Shown here: positions 47,004 to 59,950 of the stretch, in pieces
Position numbering within the stretch: position 1 is the first letter of the stretch
Layout of the letters: every line of letters begins with the position of its first letter
NCBI RefSeq assembly: GCF_018350175.1
Contig: NC_058368.1
Span: forward strand, 173,540,001-173,604,000
DNA from: Felis catus
Lineage: Eukaryota
DNA: 64,000 bases
Direction of reading: 5' to 3'
Made by a program: the position numbers and the translations under genes
The notes under the pieces: model-generated
Told to the model about the DNA's origin: nothing
The model's database searches: none
Seen by the model: the letters and a program-made list of their open reading frames with translations, nothing else

Positions 47004-47608
47004 TCAGTACCCATACTACTTGGCTGAAGCGAGCACTGTTACAAAGTTGCTCAGTCAGTATGAGAGGTGGTCCCAGGTCAGGTAAGAACCAGTTGTGTTC
47101 CGGAAACTGTAAGATGGGCCCTGTGGCTGGACCCAGGAGAGAGAGGGGCCGGGAGGGAGACGGGGAGGGGAAGCAGGCAGAGGCAGATCACGCCTGGCCC
47201 TGTAAGACAAGGCGAGGCTGGTTTGCTTTATTCTAAGGAAAATGGAGGGTCATTCCAGGGTTTTAAGCAGAGGAGTGGCAGGGGCTAATTTACTTTTCTA
47301 GAAGATCTTTCCAGCTGCTACATGCCGGTGGATTGAAATGGTGGCAGCAGGGCTAAAGAGAAGAGGCAGGAATAGAGGTATTTTGGGGGCAGGACATAAA
47401 TTCACATCATCTCTGCACAACCCATTTTGCCGACAGAGAAACAGGCTCAGTGGAGCTCACAGCTAGAAGTGAGGGGGTCTTTCCCATGGGCTTTCCCCAG
47501 GGCTCCAGCAGGAGGCGGAAAAACCCAGTTCAGCTATGGGCCCCACACCTTCAAAACACCCGTTATTTCAGACCTAGTGATCCAACGAACCTAAAATAAA
47601 GAACTCTT

Positions 47609-47744
47609 GGGGCGCCTGGGTGGCTCAGTCCGTTGAGCGACCAACTTCAGCTCAGGTCACCATCTCGCGGTTCGTGAGTTCCAGCCCTGCATCAGGCTCT
47701 GCATTCACAAGGCAGGTTCTCGCTTACCCTCTCTCTCTGCCCCT

Positions 47745-47775
<31 letters not shown>

Positions 47776-47790
47776 AAAATAAATAAATAA
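47609..47790 (+). mobile_element. Can-SINE
   Basis: SINEC head, (CT)n and AAAATAAATAAATAAA tail. Confidence 0.9.
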
Positions 47791-50700
47791 AGTAAGGAAA
47801 CTCTTTCAGCAGAAAAACTGTTCATCACAAGTGGTTATTTGTAATCATGGAAAATGGAAGTAACCTAAATGTGGGAACACCAAGCAACAGTCAAGAAAGA
47901 TGGGACGAAGGCCCCAGTGGAATATGTGGCAGGTGTTAAGCATCCCGGCAGTGAGCGACAGCAGCTGCCATGGAAGGAACATGTACTCCATGCTGGACAC
48001 CGAGCTGGGCGCTATTTGACACAAGAACACTTAAGATAGGCACCATTATACCCACCTTACAGATGGGGAAAGTAGAGGTCAGAGAGGCAAAGAGCTTACA
48101 GAGCTGAGAAGCAGCAGAGGCTCTCTGGGCGATTCACTCTAAGCCCATTTCCTCCTTTGTAAGATGGACTGACAACTCTACGAAGTGATAGGGGTGGGGG
48201 GAGTGAATGAGAAGAGAATGTGCCAGCTCAGCCCCTGGCACACAGAAAGCACTCAACAAATGCAAATCCCCTCCTTCTGCCTGTTGTGCGGTCATCCTCA
48301 CCATATGACTGCTCCTCCCAGTCCTACGCGAGACGTTGATGGCCGGGCGGTGGAGGATGCTGGTGTGATGGAGCTGGGGTCACCATGCAGTGACTGGGGG
48401 GGGGGGGGCCTGGAGCGGGTCGTGGAGGTGGAGTTGGGCCAGGACGGTAGTTTGGTTGGGGGTAGGGATGACAAAGGGATGGAAGCAGGGACGGTGGTGG
48501 CAGTGACGTGGGGATACCGTTTGTGATGATGAGAGTGGGGAGGCAGGTGGAGATGGTGGTGGTGGTGGGCACACAGTAGACGCACAGATGGAGCTGGACC
48601 CTGATGATGGCGGTAAACAGCTGGCATCTACTGTGTGAGCAAAATCGGGGGTACCTCAACACTGGCTGGATGCAGCCAGTCCTGATGTCCCCTTGCTGTG
48701 TGATCTTGGACCTCACCCCTCACCTCGTTCGTTCTCCCACTTCCCCTCCTTCAGGGGTGAGTCAGCAGCCACAGGGAAATTAGTCACTAAGTGTGCAAGG
48801 TGTGCTTTTCACTATGACGAAGTGCAATCGGGAACACAGGAAACCCCTGCCCTCGGGATCCAGTCCTCAAGGGGAAGGAAGCCGGCAAGGATGGCCCACG
48901 TGCTGTGGCTGGCACTTTGTACCCTGTGCCATTCAGTCCTCGGCACACCACGGCCCGGGAGCAGAAGGGACGTGACCCAGTCAGTAATGGGATCAGAACC
49001 CAAAGCAGGAAGTCTATTCTCTCTCCTTCTGGGCTTCTGATTTTCTCTTCCTCATCAGCCAGACTTCTCCCAGACAGTGTGTGCAGAGCACCCAAGGGCA
49101 AGGTAGAGGGAGAACAGCCTTAACTGGCAGGCATCCTCCAGGGTCCCCAAGGCCTCCACCTCCTGGCCTCCTTCCTATAAACCAGCTACACTCATTGCTC
49201 ATGGAAGCTTCTTCCAACTTCCCCCTCCCATTGTCTTGGGGCCTCAAGAAGCCTGCTGATCCTTACTCGGGGCAACAGTGATATATCCAAAGTCTTGCCC
49301 CTGCATCTGGTCCAGGCCATCCCAGAGAGGTGGCTGTCAACCCCTTTTATTCCTGAGTCCCCGGGAAGATAAGGCGCCTGCCCAACGCCCGCAAGCCAGC
49401 CGGGGGCAAAACTGGACGCCTCCCTTCCACCCAGTCCAGTGCTCTTTCTTGCGCGGTCCTGCCTCTCCTCCCCACTTTAGTACCTCCACCCTGGGTTTCA
49501 CACAATCGTGTCCCCTTGTTACAGAGACTTTTTACACACACACACGCTCACTTGATCATAATGAGGCCAAAGGTCGATGGTCCAGAGTGTCACCTCTGGA
49601 TTTGGTCATTTGAGAAAAATGTACAGAGCCTGTGTGAGCTGGACAAGGAACAAGAACGAACCTGCCCCACCAGTGAGCCTTCTCGCCCGCTGGGCACAGC
49701 TACTCCCAAGCACAAGCCTCCACCATGGCTCTGGCGGCAGGAAACACTTCCTCCCCCTCGGCCTGGCAGGCTGAGTCCTCACAGGTCCTGGGTTTCTCTT
49801 CCCACACAAGCTGGTCCCCTTCCCCTTCCTGTGGTCCAGTGGCACTGGATGCTCCTGTTCTCCATCCACACCCTCTATTTTCCTCTATCCAGGCATTTGC
49901 ATATGCTGTCCCCTCGCCCGGAATGCCTTCCCTCGCCTTCTGCATATGTGCAAATTCTCTCCATCCTCTAAGGCCAGGTCAGGTGCAGAGCCATGTGTAT
50001 GCTTTGGTGGGCCCTCCTCCGGCCCCTGAGTTTCTGGTCTCCCAGCAAGGGCAGGGGACAGAGCAATTGCAAATGAACAAGAAGTGAATGGCGTTGCCTG
50101 TGGGCTGGGACTGGGGAGAGGCCTTGATAGTGTCCTGGCCGGCCCACCCCGGGCCTGTGCCGCTGGGCAGCCTGGGCTCGAAGAAGGCAGTCTCACCCCA
50201 GCCCCAGTACCACGCAGCCACACCCAGAGGCTCTTCTTTTCCTTCTATCCCTCAGCTTGCCTTCTAAAAAGTGGGACTATCTACATTCTAGAAATCCCAG
50301 CTTCCCTCTCCCCACACTTTCCTTCCTCTCAAAAAGTACTCCTTAAAGAAGGAGCGATGTCAAAAAAGAAGTGAATTAGGGTGCTTCTGAACCCCTACTG
50401 GCCACATGAGATGTGCAGGCCCCCCACCAGGAGTGCCCCTCTCACCCCCTCCCCCGCTTGGATGAGGCACACTCACCCTGGCCTGGGAAGCACTGGCTCC
50501 TTGACCCCAGGGGGAAGAGGCAGCAGCCACAGTTCCCAACAACCCAGGGCACCCACACCGTTTCCCAGACAGGGGGTGAGAACCCCAGATCTGCCCAGGA
50601 CCTCCAAGAGGGTCAGAGAGGGTGGTGGCCCTTGTCACCCACAGGCCCCCAAAGAGCTGACTCGGCCAGCATGGCCACTGCCACCTCTAGCTCATCGCAT

Positions 50701-51890
50701 ACTGTCTCTTCCGTTCTGTTTCCTTCTCACAGCTGTGCCCCAGCTGTAGGAATTATCGTTTGGGGTGCAGAGAGAAAACTGAGGCTCCGAGAAGTTCAAA
50801 GAGGGATGTCCGAGAGCGTGGGACAGGGCATTAGACCCAGACTAGCTCCAAATCCAGGAGTCCTTGGGTGAGCCTTGGTCTGGGCTCCATTTGACTTCAC
50901 GGGGCCCTACCTACACCCACAAGGCAGACACCAGCCCAGCCAGGGAGCCCCGGTGCCAAGATGTGGGCCCCAAGAGCACTGGGCTCCCTGCCACAGGGCC
51001 CCTCCAGTGCCCATCACCCCGGCTGTTTCAGCGGCAGATAGACACGGAGGCCAATGGCCCTGGGTTGGATTCCAGAATTTCACTTACTCACTGTCGCCCA
51101 CCCCCAGGCAAGCCCTTGCCCCCTCTCAGCCTCAGTTTCCCTCCTGAGAAACGGGGTGAGGTTAAGAACCATGGAGTCCATACGCCGGTGGCCATCAGTC
51201 AGATCCCAAATTCCCTGAGCCCACGCCGGTGTCTGGTGCCCCAGCCGTGCAGTGCCGGCCTCAGGGAAGAGGTCCAGCCGGGCCCTGGCTCTCACACCAG
51301 GCCAGGGCTGGGGCCCGGCCTGCAGTTCGTCCCAGCCAGACCCTTCCTAGTACTGGCTGAGGTGGCACTCCAATCCATCACTGACCACAGACCCCACTGG
51401 GCTTCAGAGACTCTCCAGCTTCCTTCCTGCATCCTGACCATCCTGACTCCACCGATGTGGAAACTGAGGTCCAGAAGAGTTACAGAGCCCACCCAAAGTC
51501 AGGACGGAGCTGGGATCTGAACCCACGCAGTCGGGGTCGGAGCCCAGTTCTTTCTCCTGGAGCTCTGGAGCCCTCCGGCTCAGCCACTCTGTCTTTACCC
51601 CTCGAGCTTCTTGTGAAAGAGGCCCAGGCAGGTTAATGCACTTGCCTGAGGGAACTGCCTCCCTCCTGTCCTGTGAGAAACCTCAGTGGGTCCAGATTAT
51701 CCAAGGACTTGGAAAGGAGGGGAGCCATCAGCACCTGGGAACAGGTCTTATTAGCCCCACACTGAGAAGAAACTGAGGCCTGGCAGTCAGACCGGGACTC
51801 CCTCAGCTCCAGGTCCGCCCAACCCAGAACGAGCCCTCACTCCCTCTGCCCGGGGCCCCCACCCAGCTGGGTGGGAGCCACAGAGCTCAC

Positions 51891-52100
51891 CTTGGCCTCA
51901 ACAACCTTACTCAGCCCCTACCCCTGGCCAGCAGCCCCCTGCGGCCCCGTTGCAGCCAAGCCGTGCGGTCCCTACCTGTGCCCCGGAGGGGGCCGTGGAG
52001 GCGGCAGATGGGCACCAGCGGGCACCGTCTGGGGCCTGCCACAGCATGGCCGGCAGACTTTAGCACCATCTCCTCCTCTCTTGAGCAATCATTAACCCCG
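51891..52100 (-). promoter_or_regulatory. CDHR2: Candidate CDHR2 epithelial promoter and non-coding exon 1
   Basis: HNF1-like GTTAATGATTGCT (52084-52096), HNF4-like CAGACTTTAGCACC (about 52054-52067), local CpG enrichment, and minus-strand donors CAG|GTAGGG (51976), TGA|GTAAGG (51911), AAG|GTGAGC (51891). Confidence 0.55.
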
Positions 52101-52869
52101 CCAGAGACCACACCTCCCAGGATGAGAAGGATGGGACAGACTCCTCAACAGACACTGACTGTGGCTCTAGCAAGGGGGCAGGAGGGCAAGACTGAGGCGA
52201 CCCGCCTCCGTACTCCCAGGACAGAAGGCTCAGGCCACGGGAGAAAGAGCCTGGCAGAACCCCAGCCCAGAGACCTGGGAACCAGGCCCAACCCTGGGGC
52301 AGGCAGGAGGTGGGGAGGGTGACAGTTGGTCATCAGAAGGTGATACCTAAGCCTCCCGTCTCCTCCTGGCTGTTAAGAGGCCTCAGTGACAGGCGGCCTG
52401 TGGAGAAAATGAGAGAGTAGTTAGGCCAGGAGAAGGAACTAATAAGCAATCAAATATGGAGACTCCAGTGGACATCTGTGAGGTTTTCAGAAGAGAGTGA
52501 GGGCAACCTTGAACTTGGGTAACGTACTCTCCTGCCTACTGTTGCTAATATTCCCCTCCACTGAGGCCCTCAAAGGGTATCTACCCTTCCCCAGGGGCTC
52601 ATCCACCCCAGGCTGGTGTTAAATACCATCTAGGTGCTGTGGCCTCCCAGCAGGGTCTGAGCCCCCAATTCCCCCTCCAGCCATGCGGGCCCCACCATCC
52701 ATCCCTGTGTTGACACAGGAGAAAGGGGACCCCCAATACAAGATCACCAGCCTCTTCTATGGTGACCCTCTCCTTATGGACAGGGACCCTACCTGACTCA
52801 ATAGATACAGATCAGGCACTTTACAGGGATGTTTGTTCCCTACCCCCTCACCCATCACTCCCCCAATTT

Positions 52870-53944
52870 AAAATAGATTATCAAAGTACACATGCTTTGT
52901 GTATACCCATGTTCATAGCATACTTATTCGCATTAGGCAAAGCATGGAAACAACCCGATGTCCATCGGCAGATGAATGGATAAACAAAAGGAAGGAAATT
53001 ATTATACACGCTACAACATGGATGAACCTTGAGAACGTTGTGCTGAGGGAAATAAGCCAGTCACAGAAGGACAAGTACCATACGATTCCATTTACATGAT
53101 GTATCTAAAGTAGTCCAATTCATAGGAAAAAAAAGTAGAATGGTGGTCACTAGGGGCTGGCGGAAGAGGAATGAGAAGTTGTTTAGTGAGTACAGAGCTG
53201 CAGTTTTTGCAAGGTTAAACGAGTTCTGGGGGCACCTGGGTGGCTCAGTCAGTTAAGTGTGTGACTCTTGATTTCGGCTCAGGTTATGATCTCACAGTTA
53301 GTGAGTTCGAGCCCCGATTTGGGCTCCATACTGACAGTGGGGAGCATGCTTGGGATTCTCTCTCTCTCTTTCTCTGCCCCTCCCCTGCTTGTGCTCTCTC
53401 TCTCTCTCTCTCTCTCTCAAAAAAAAAATAATTAAAAAAAATATTAAATGAGTTCTGGAGATAGATGGTTGTGATGGGTGCACAGCTTTATAAATGTACT
53501 TAATACTTCTGAACTGTACACTTAAAATTGTTAAGATAGTGAATTTTTATTTTATTTTATTGTATTTAAAAAAATTTTTTTAATGTTTATTGTTGAGAGA
53601 CGGAGAGATACAGAGAATGAGCGTGGGAGGGGCAGAGAGACAGGGAGACACAGAATCCAAAGCAGGCTCCAGGCTCTGAGCCATCAGCACAGAGCACACG
53701 GGGCTCGAACTCACAAACCGCGAGATCATGACCTGAGCTGAAGTCGGACACTCAACCGACTGAGCCACTCAGGCCCCCCGAATTTTTTTTTTTAAGTAAG
53801 CTTCCCACCCGGCATGGAGCCCAACACTGGGCTTGAACTCACAACTCCGAGATCAAGACCTGAGCTGAGATCAAGAGTCAGACACTTAACTGAGCCACCA
53901 AGGCGCCCGGATAGTGAATTTTATGTTAGGTGTATTTCAGCACA

Positions 53945-53976
<32 letters not shown>
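52870..53976 (+). mobile_element. Old L1 3' end with poly(A), interrupted by three Can-SINEs (53229-53445 plus; 53548-53778 and 53781-53908 minus)
   Basis: ATGTTCATAGCA...GAATGGATAAAC...ACATGGATGAACCTTGA...GAACTGTACACTTAAAA...CACAATAAAA(n); TSD-like AAA[C/T]GAGTTCT and GATAGTGAATTTT. Confidence 0.85.
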
Positions 53977-53978
<2 letters not shown>

Positions 53979-55247
53979 AAGGAAAATATATGCTACAACA
54001 AGCTTAAAAAGGTGAAGAAACCAGGATGAAGGGAAAAGGTATAGGAAAAACAAGGAGAATATAGGCCTGAATCGAATCCATAGAATATGTAAATATTTGC
54101 CTTGCAGTTCTGGTTACTTGCCAGAGGTGGGTCATGAATTGGCTTCTGAGCTTCTCCGCAGGCAAAGCAAAAAGGGAAACAGGACCCATTAAGTCCAGCA
54201 TCCAACCACTAAACACACACACACACACATACACACACACACCCCTTGGGTGAGTATGTCGGGGGCTAGAGAGAGAGCATGCAATGGTCAGCATCTGGGA
54301 ACCATGGTGATGTGAGATCTGATACCTGAGAACTCTCGTCTGTCTCCAAGGAGCAGATGCTGCAGGAGGTGAACAGCACCTGACATGACTATTATAAGGT
54401 AGTTGTTAAGAGATGGGGCTCAGGGGCCGGATATCTGGGTTCAGTTGTGATAGGGCAAATGATACCATGTCTCTAAGCCCCAGCAACCTTGTCTGTGAAT
54501 CACGGACAATGTATGAAGCCTCTCTCAGAAGGTGGTGGTGGGGATGAAATGGAGTCATGCATTTAAAGTCCCGAGCACAGTGTCCAACACAGAGTAAAGT
54601 CTCAATGAATGCTAGTGTTTGTTATAGTGTGGTGGGATTGCTCTGACCTAACTACTAAGGAGAAAGGCAGGCTGCTCCCCCCAGCACTCTGGGCTCTGGG
54701 CCTGCCCCAGACCGAGGGAGTCAGCCTGGTCTCCCTGGCCAGCTCCAGGTAGGGCAGACCCCAGACCCAAGTCCCTGCTCCCCGTCCCTGCTCTGACACC
54801 TGGGACCAACAGCTCTGAGTCACTGCTATGGTCCCATGAGGACATGTGCTAACCTGCCAGACCTTTGGACAGCATCTGCACGATCCAGGTGTGGCCAAAT
54901 GGTGCCCTGCCCTTCTCAAGTGGCACCTGTGTGCCTGCCACAATGCAGCCTCAGAAGTTCACTGAGCCCGGGCTGTGAAAATGCTGATCCAAGTAATAGC
55001 CCTAGGCACAGGCTCAGCTTCAGGGAAAGGCAGGCAGCCAGTCAGAAAGTGGAGCTAAGAGGCCAGGATGTGGATTCAGATGACTTGGGTCCTAATCACC
55101 TGCCCACTGCTTACCAGCTGGGGGTCTCGGGCATCTCCCTGAGCTTCAATGTCCTCATCTGTAAAATGCGTCTCGGGCATCTCCCTGAGCCTCAAAATGC
55201 GTGTAACAGCAGAACTCAACTCAAAGGTTTATTATAAAGATTAATCA

Positions 55248-55374
55248 GGGCGGTGCAGCTCTCTCTCTCTCGCTCTCTCTCCCTGTCTCTCGCCCTCTCT
55301 CCTATCTGGAGAGTGTACTTTTTGCTTTAATAAAATTTCCAACTCGTGTTACTCATTCCCATTAAAAAAAAAAA
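55248..55374 (+). mobile_element. Short polyadenylated retro-insertion (LTR-R-like) with 12-bp TSD inside a MIR
   Basis: TSD AAAGATTAATCA at 55236-55247 and 55375-55386; AATAAA at 55329; A-tail. Confidence 0.75.
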
Positions 55375-55504
55375 AAAGATTAATCATGTGATACAGTAAA
55401 GCACTTAGCACAAGAACAAGTGATAGAGAAATGTGCACATGAGATAGCAATTCAGATACACATCAGGGTTCCTTCCCAGCCACTGTTCTAAGTGTGTGTG
55501 TGTG

Positions 55505-55738
55505 TTTTTTTTAAACAATTTTTTTAACATTTATTTATTTTTTGAGAGACAGAGAGAGACAGAGCATGAGCAGGGGAGGGGCAGAGAGAGAGAGAGAGGG
55601 ATACACAGAAACTGAAGCAGGCTCCAGGCTCTGAGCTGTCAGCACAGAACCTGATGCGGGGCTCGAACTCACTAGCCATGAGATCATGACCCGAGCTGAA
55701 GTCGGAGGCTCAACCGACTGAGCCACCCAGGCGCCCCT
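55505..55738 (-). mobile_element. Can-SINE
   Basis: Reverse SINEC; TSD CTAAGTGTGTG. Confidence 0.92.
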
Positions 55739-57059
55739 AAGTGTGTGCTTTTTAAATATTTTGTTCAGAAAAACTTCTCGTTGCCTGTCTTTGCTGGCAA
55801 CCTACTGTGTGCACCCACTATGTGCTCAGAAATTGACCAAGTTGAAATCAAGTCCTCACTTGCCTCTGACTAACTGGGTGACACTGGGCAAGTCACTCCT
55901 CTCTGAGCGGACCCTTCTTCATCTGCAACACAGAGACACCATGTACCCTCACCTACCCCTCCACTCCACTGTGCAGCCTCACAGGTTGACCCGGAGAGCC
56001 TGAGCCAAGAGCGGCTCTTTGCTGTGAATGTGTTCAATCCCTCCTCAGCTTCCTAGCCTTCCCTTCGTGCCGCACATGGCTTTGCAGAGTACAAAATTCC
56101 TTCATTGTTCTGTTCTACAGTAGAGGGGCCAGCCCAAGAACAACCCCTTGGTGTCAGAGACTCCGAGCCTCCAATGCTAGAAAGAATTTGGGACAGAAGA
56201 AACTAACTGCTCCCCAACCCAGACACCTGGGCCCCTTTCCAGGGCACACATTTGCTCTAAAGCACCCTTTCCTAGTGGCTGTTCTGCTGTGGCTTGCACA
56301 CCTCCAGTAATAGGAAGCTCACCTTCTTACATGGCCTCCACTCCATGAGCCTAGTTGTATATGTTTCATTGAGTTGAGAGTTTCCCTGACCACTTCCACT
56401 GGGTCTACCTTCTGAGAGCACCAGATCCTGCTTCCTGTCTCCACTGTAAGACGGCTCCTCCAGAGCTTTCCCTCAGGCTCCTCCAACCATGCCCCACTAC
56501 CACCACACATAGGTATAGCCGCCAGGCCAACCTGGGTTCACATTTCAGCTCTCCCTTTCCTGGCTGTGTGACCTAAGGGAAGCCACTCTCCCTCTCTGAG
56601 CCTCAGCTTCCACAGCAGGAAAATGAGGGTGGCTGTTTCCTTTCAGTCAAGTTAGTGGAGCTCCGAGAAGGAACGTAATGTCTCTGGGCCCTCTAGGAAC
56701 GTGACTCGATGCCACATGGCCCTCCTGGGCCCCCTGCCACTTCAGTGTTCATTCAACAGACAGGGATTGAACATCCCTTTATGCCAGGCACTGTCCTTGG
56801 TTCTGGGCACCAGCAGAGTTGGAGGGGATCTGGGCACTCCTGCCCCACAGAGGGATAATCTGTATGACAGCAGAGTAGGCCAGGCCAAGAGGAAGGAAGG
56901 AAAGCCCAGGCAGAGGGAATAGTGTATACAAAACCCCACTCCAGAAAGAGCCCGGCCCTTGGGGGAACTGCAAGAACAAGGCTAGAACTCAGAGGCCATT
57001 TGTTCAGAAGACTGGGTTTCAAAAACGATTGTACATTAATACAGCGGAATACTATTCAG

Positions 57060-58250
57060 TGGTTTAAAGGCAGCTCCATGTTCATGGCCGTATTGTTCAC
57101 AGTAGCTGAGACGTGGGAACAACCTAAGTGTCCATCAACGGATGAATGGATTAAAGAAGATGTGGTATACCCACAGTAAAATATCATTCAGCCATTAAAA
57201 AAAAAAAAAAAAAAAAAAGGAGGGGCACCTGGGTGGCTCAGTCGGTTGAGGGACCAACTTCAGCTCTGGTCATGATCTCACGGTTCTGAGTTGAAGCCCC
57301 ACCTCGGGGTCTCTGTGTCAGCACAGAGCTCGCCTCACATCCTCCGTCCCCTCTCTGCCCTCCCCCCACCTCATGCTATCTCTCTCTCTTAAAAATAAAT
57401 AAACATTGGGGTGCCTGGGTGGCTCAGTCGGTTGGGTGTCCGACTTTGGCTCAGGTCATGATCTCACGGTCTATGGGTTCAAGCCCCGCATCGGGCTCTG
57501 TGCTGACAGCTCAGAGCCTGGAGCCTGTTTCCAATCCTGTGTCTCCCTCTCTCTCTGCCCCTCCCCCACTCTCACTTTCTCCTCACTCTGTCTCTCAAAA
57601 ATAAATAAATATATTTAAAAAAAATTTTTTTAAATAAGTAAACATTAAAAAATTTTTTTAAAAGATAAGTTCTGGGATCTAATGTATAGCATGGTGACTA
57701 CAGTTGACAATACTGTATCTTATCCTTGAAAGCTGCTATGAGAGTAGAGCTTTAAAGTTCTCATCCTAACAACAACAAAACGGTAATTATGTGAGGTGAA
57801 GGATGTGTCGACTAAGGTTACTATGGTAACATTTTGCAATTTATACATGTATCAAATCATCATATTGTACACCTTGAACTTACACAATGTCACATATATT
57901 TCAATAAAGCTGGCGGGTGGGGAAGGATCAGACTACTAATACATAGGACCTCAAAAATACTTTAACCTCTAAAAGGGGGCGGCATTTACAGAGCCAGTCA
58001 TTCCATTAGCCTAAAGTTCTAAACACACATAACTAATCTATAGTGACAGATGAATAGTTATGTACGGAGGGAAATGATGTGGAGGGGGCAAAAGGGAACT
58101 TTCCGGAGTGATGAAAACGTTCTAGATCTTGATCAGGGTTTTAGTTATACAGAGATATATATTTAAGAAAAATTCAGTTATTGTAAGCTATACACATAAG
58201 ATTTGTGCATTTTACTGTACATCTGTAAAATATACTCCAAATTAGGCCTT
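57060..58250 (+). mobile_element. L1 3' fragments with two inserted Can-SINEs (57222-57406, 57408-57625)
   Basis: CAACCTAAGTGTCCATCAACGGATGAATGG, GATCTAATGTATAGCATGGTGACT, TCAATAAAGCTGG L1 motifs and SINEC heads. Confidence 0.82.
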
Positions 58251-59099
58251 AATTTAGATGCAGTTCTGAAGAAGGAAGGGCAAGGAGAAGGGAGAAACAT
58301 GTTTGTTGAAGGATGAACCAGAGTGAGGCAGAAAGCAGGCTCTAGGTGTCAGGGCTTAGTAGAGATCTTGGACCGCCTAGTAAAATCTCTTCCCCTCACT
58401 AATGCCTCAGTTTCCAAATCTATAAAAAATGGATAATTGAAAAAAAAAAAGGGATAATATTTTCCCCTCACTGAGTTGTTAGACTTTAAGGAATAACCAA
58501 GTTAATTCACGTTAAGCACTTAGAATGCTGCTTCGCACATGGTAACAAGTGGAAGCTTTAAAAAATTAGGTAGGCCTCCAGGCAGCAGGCAGAGGAGCAG
58601 AGACCTGGGCCGAGATAAGAGGGCCCCCGTGGGGCAGCCTCTGAGGTCTGCAGGGACTACGACCACAGGCACGACCCAGCGTGGGGAGGGGCAAGCTGAG
58701 AGTTGTAGTTCTCGCCAGTCTGAAACAGCCACGGATGTGATGCGGGGCGACAAGGATCGGCTCCTGGGACCGGGGAATGCTGGGCCTGAGCAGGTAGCGG
58801 CCACGCTCTGCACCAGGCTGGCTGCAGAGATGGGCATATGCATCCTGTGGTCAGTGGAGTCTCCTAACGTCCCAAAAGAGGTATCAACGCTCCCAGTTCG
58901 AAGACGAGGAAATAGGCTCAGAGAATGGCCCAAAGCGGGAAACGAAGATCTGCTGACCCCAGTCTTTACTCTTTGTATACCGACCCTGCCCCCCTCAATC
59001 CGAGGCGGAAGCGAAGGTTCTTTGAACGGCCACGTTGTCGTGTTATCTTCCCCATTTCACAGACGAGGAGACAGAGTCTGTCACTCATCCAAGGTCACT

Positions 59100-59950
59100 C
59101 GGGCAGTAAGCGGGAGGCTGGGATGCCAGGCCTTGGGCGCTTCGCCCTTGCACGCCCTTTGCCGCCGGACGCCGAGGAGCGGGGCCTAGAGACGCCCCGC
59201 CCCCTCCCCCCTCCGCTCCCGTGCGCTTGGTGCAGTCCAGGTAGTTTCATACACGCGCGGGAGCGGGTGTGAAGCTGCGGAGCCGCCGTAGGCCCCTCGC
59301 GTGCGCGCGCGCGCGCCCTGGGGGTGAGATCCGCAGACGGTTCCACTGCGCGGGGCCAGAGGGGGGGGGGGGGGCGCGGCAGGCGGCTCTCGGGCCGCCG
59401 CGGGACCGGGACCCCGGGCTGCAACGGGGAGCGACTCGCCGGCCGCCGGGTTGGGGTGGAGCCCAGCCGCGGCCCAGGTAACGCCTGGCCCGGACCCTGC
59501 GCCAAGCGCCCCAGGCGCGAGGCCAGCGAGGACGGAGTGATAGGGGGCGGCCGCGGGCTGACAGAGTAGCGCAGGGACTTCCAGCGTGGCCTCTGCCTGC
59601 ACCTGCAGGGCCGGAGCTCGCTACCCCGGGACCCGGAGCCAGAGCTGCTTCGCTCATCAGTCCGCCCGCTAGGTCCAAGTGTCCTAGTTTGGGGACCCCC
59701 TGGGAACTACAAGTCCCAGCGTGCCCTGCGCCCCGCACGTGACCCGATCGCCGCTCGACCCATCCCACCACCATCACCGGCGGGTTCCGGCTTCAGCGGG
59801 GGCACTGGCAGTAGGGGACGAGAGCTGAGGAGGTGCAGCAGTCCTTTGGTTTTGTAACGTCGGTCCCAAACATTTTACCAGCGCTCCTTGGGCCAGCCGC
59901 TGGGGAGCCAGAGCTTCCCTAGCCCAGCCATAGAGCGGCTGCGTGTCCGG
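59100..59950. promoter_or_regulatory. CpG-island promoter with ZNF143/THAP11 motif and E-box
   Basis: Dense CpG; ACTACAAGTCCCAGCGTGC at 59706-59724; CACGTGAC at 59736; (GC)n at about 59299-59316; plus-strand donor CAG|GTAACG at 59477. Confidence 0.8.

Noticed and set aside
48300..48630. His/Thr/Pro-rich mucin-like ORFs in the CDHR2 5' intron
   Set aside because: Low-complexity (GGT)-rich sequence upstream of the signal-peptide exon with no convincing in-frame splice structure
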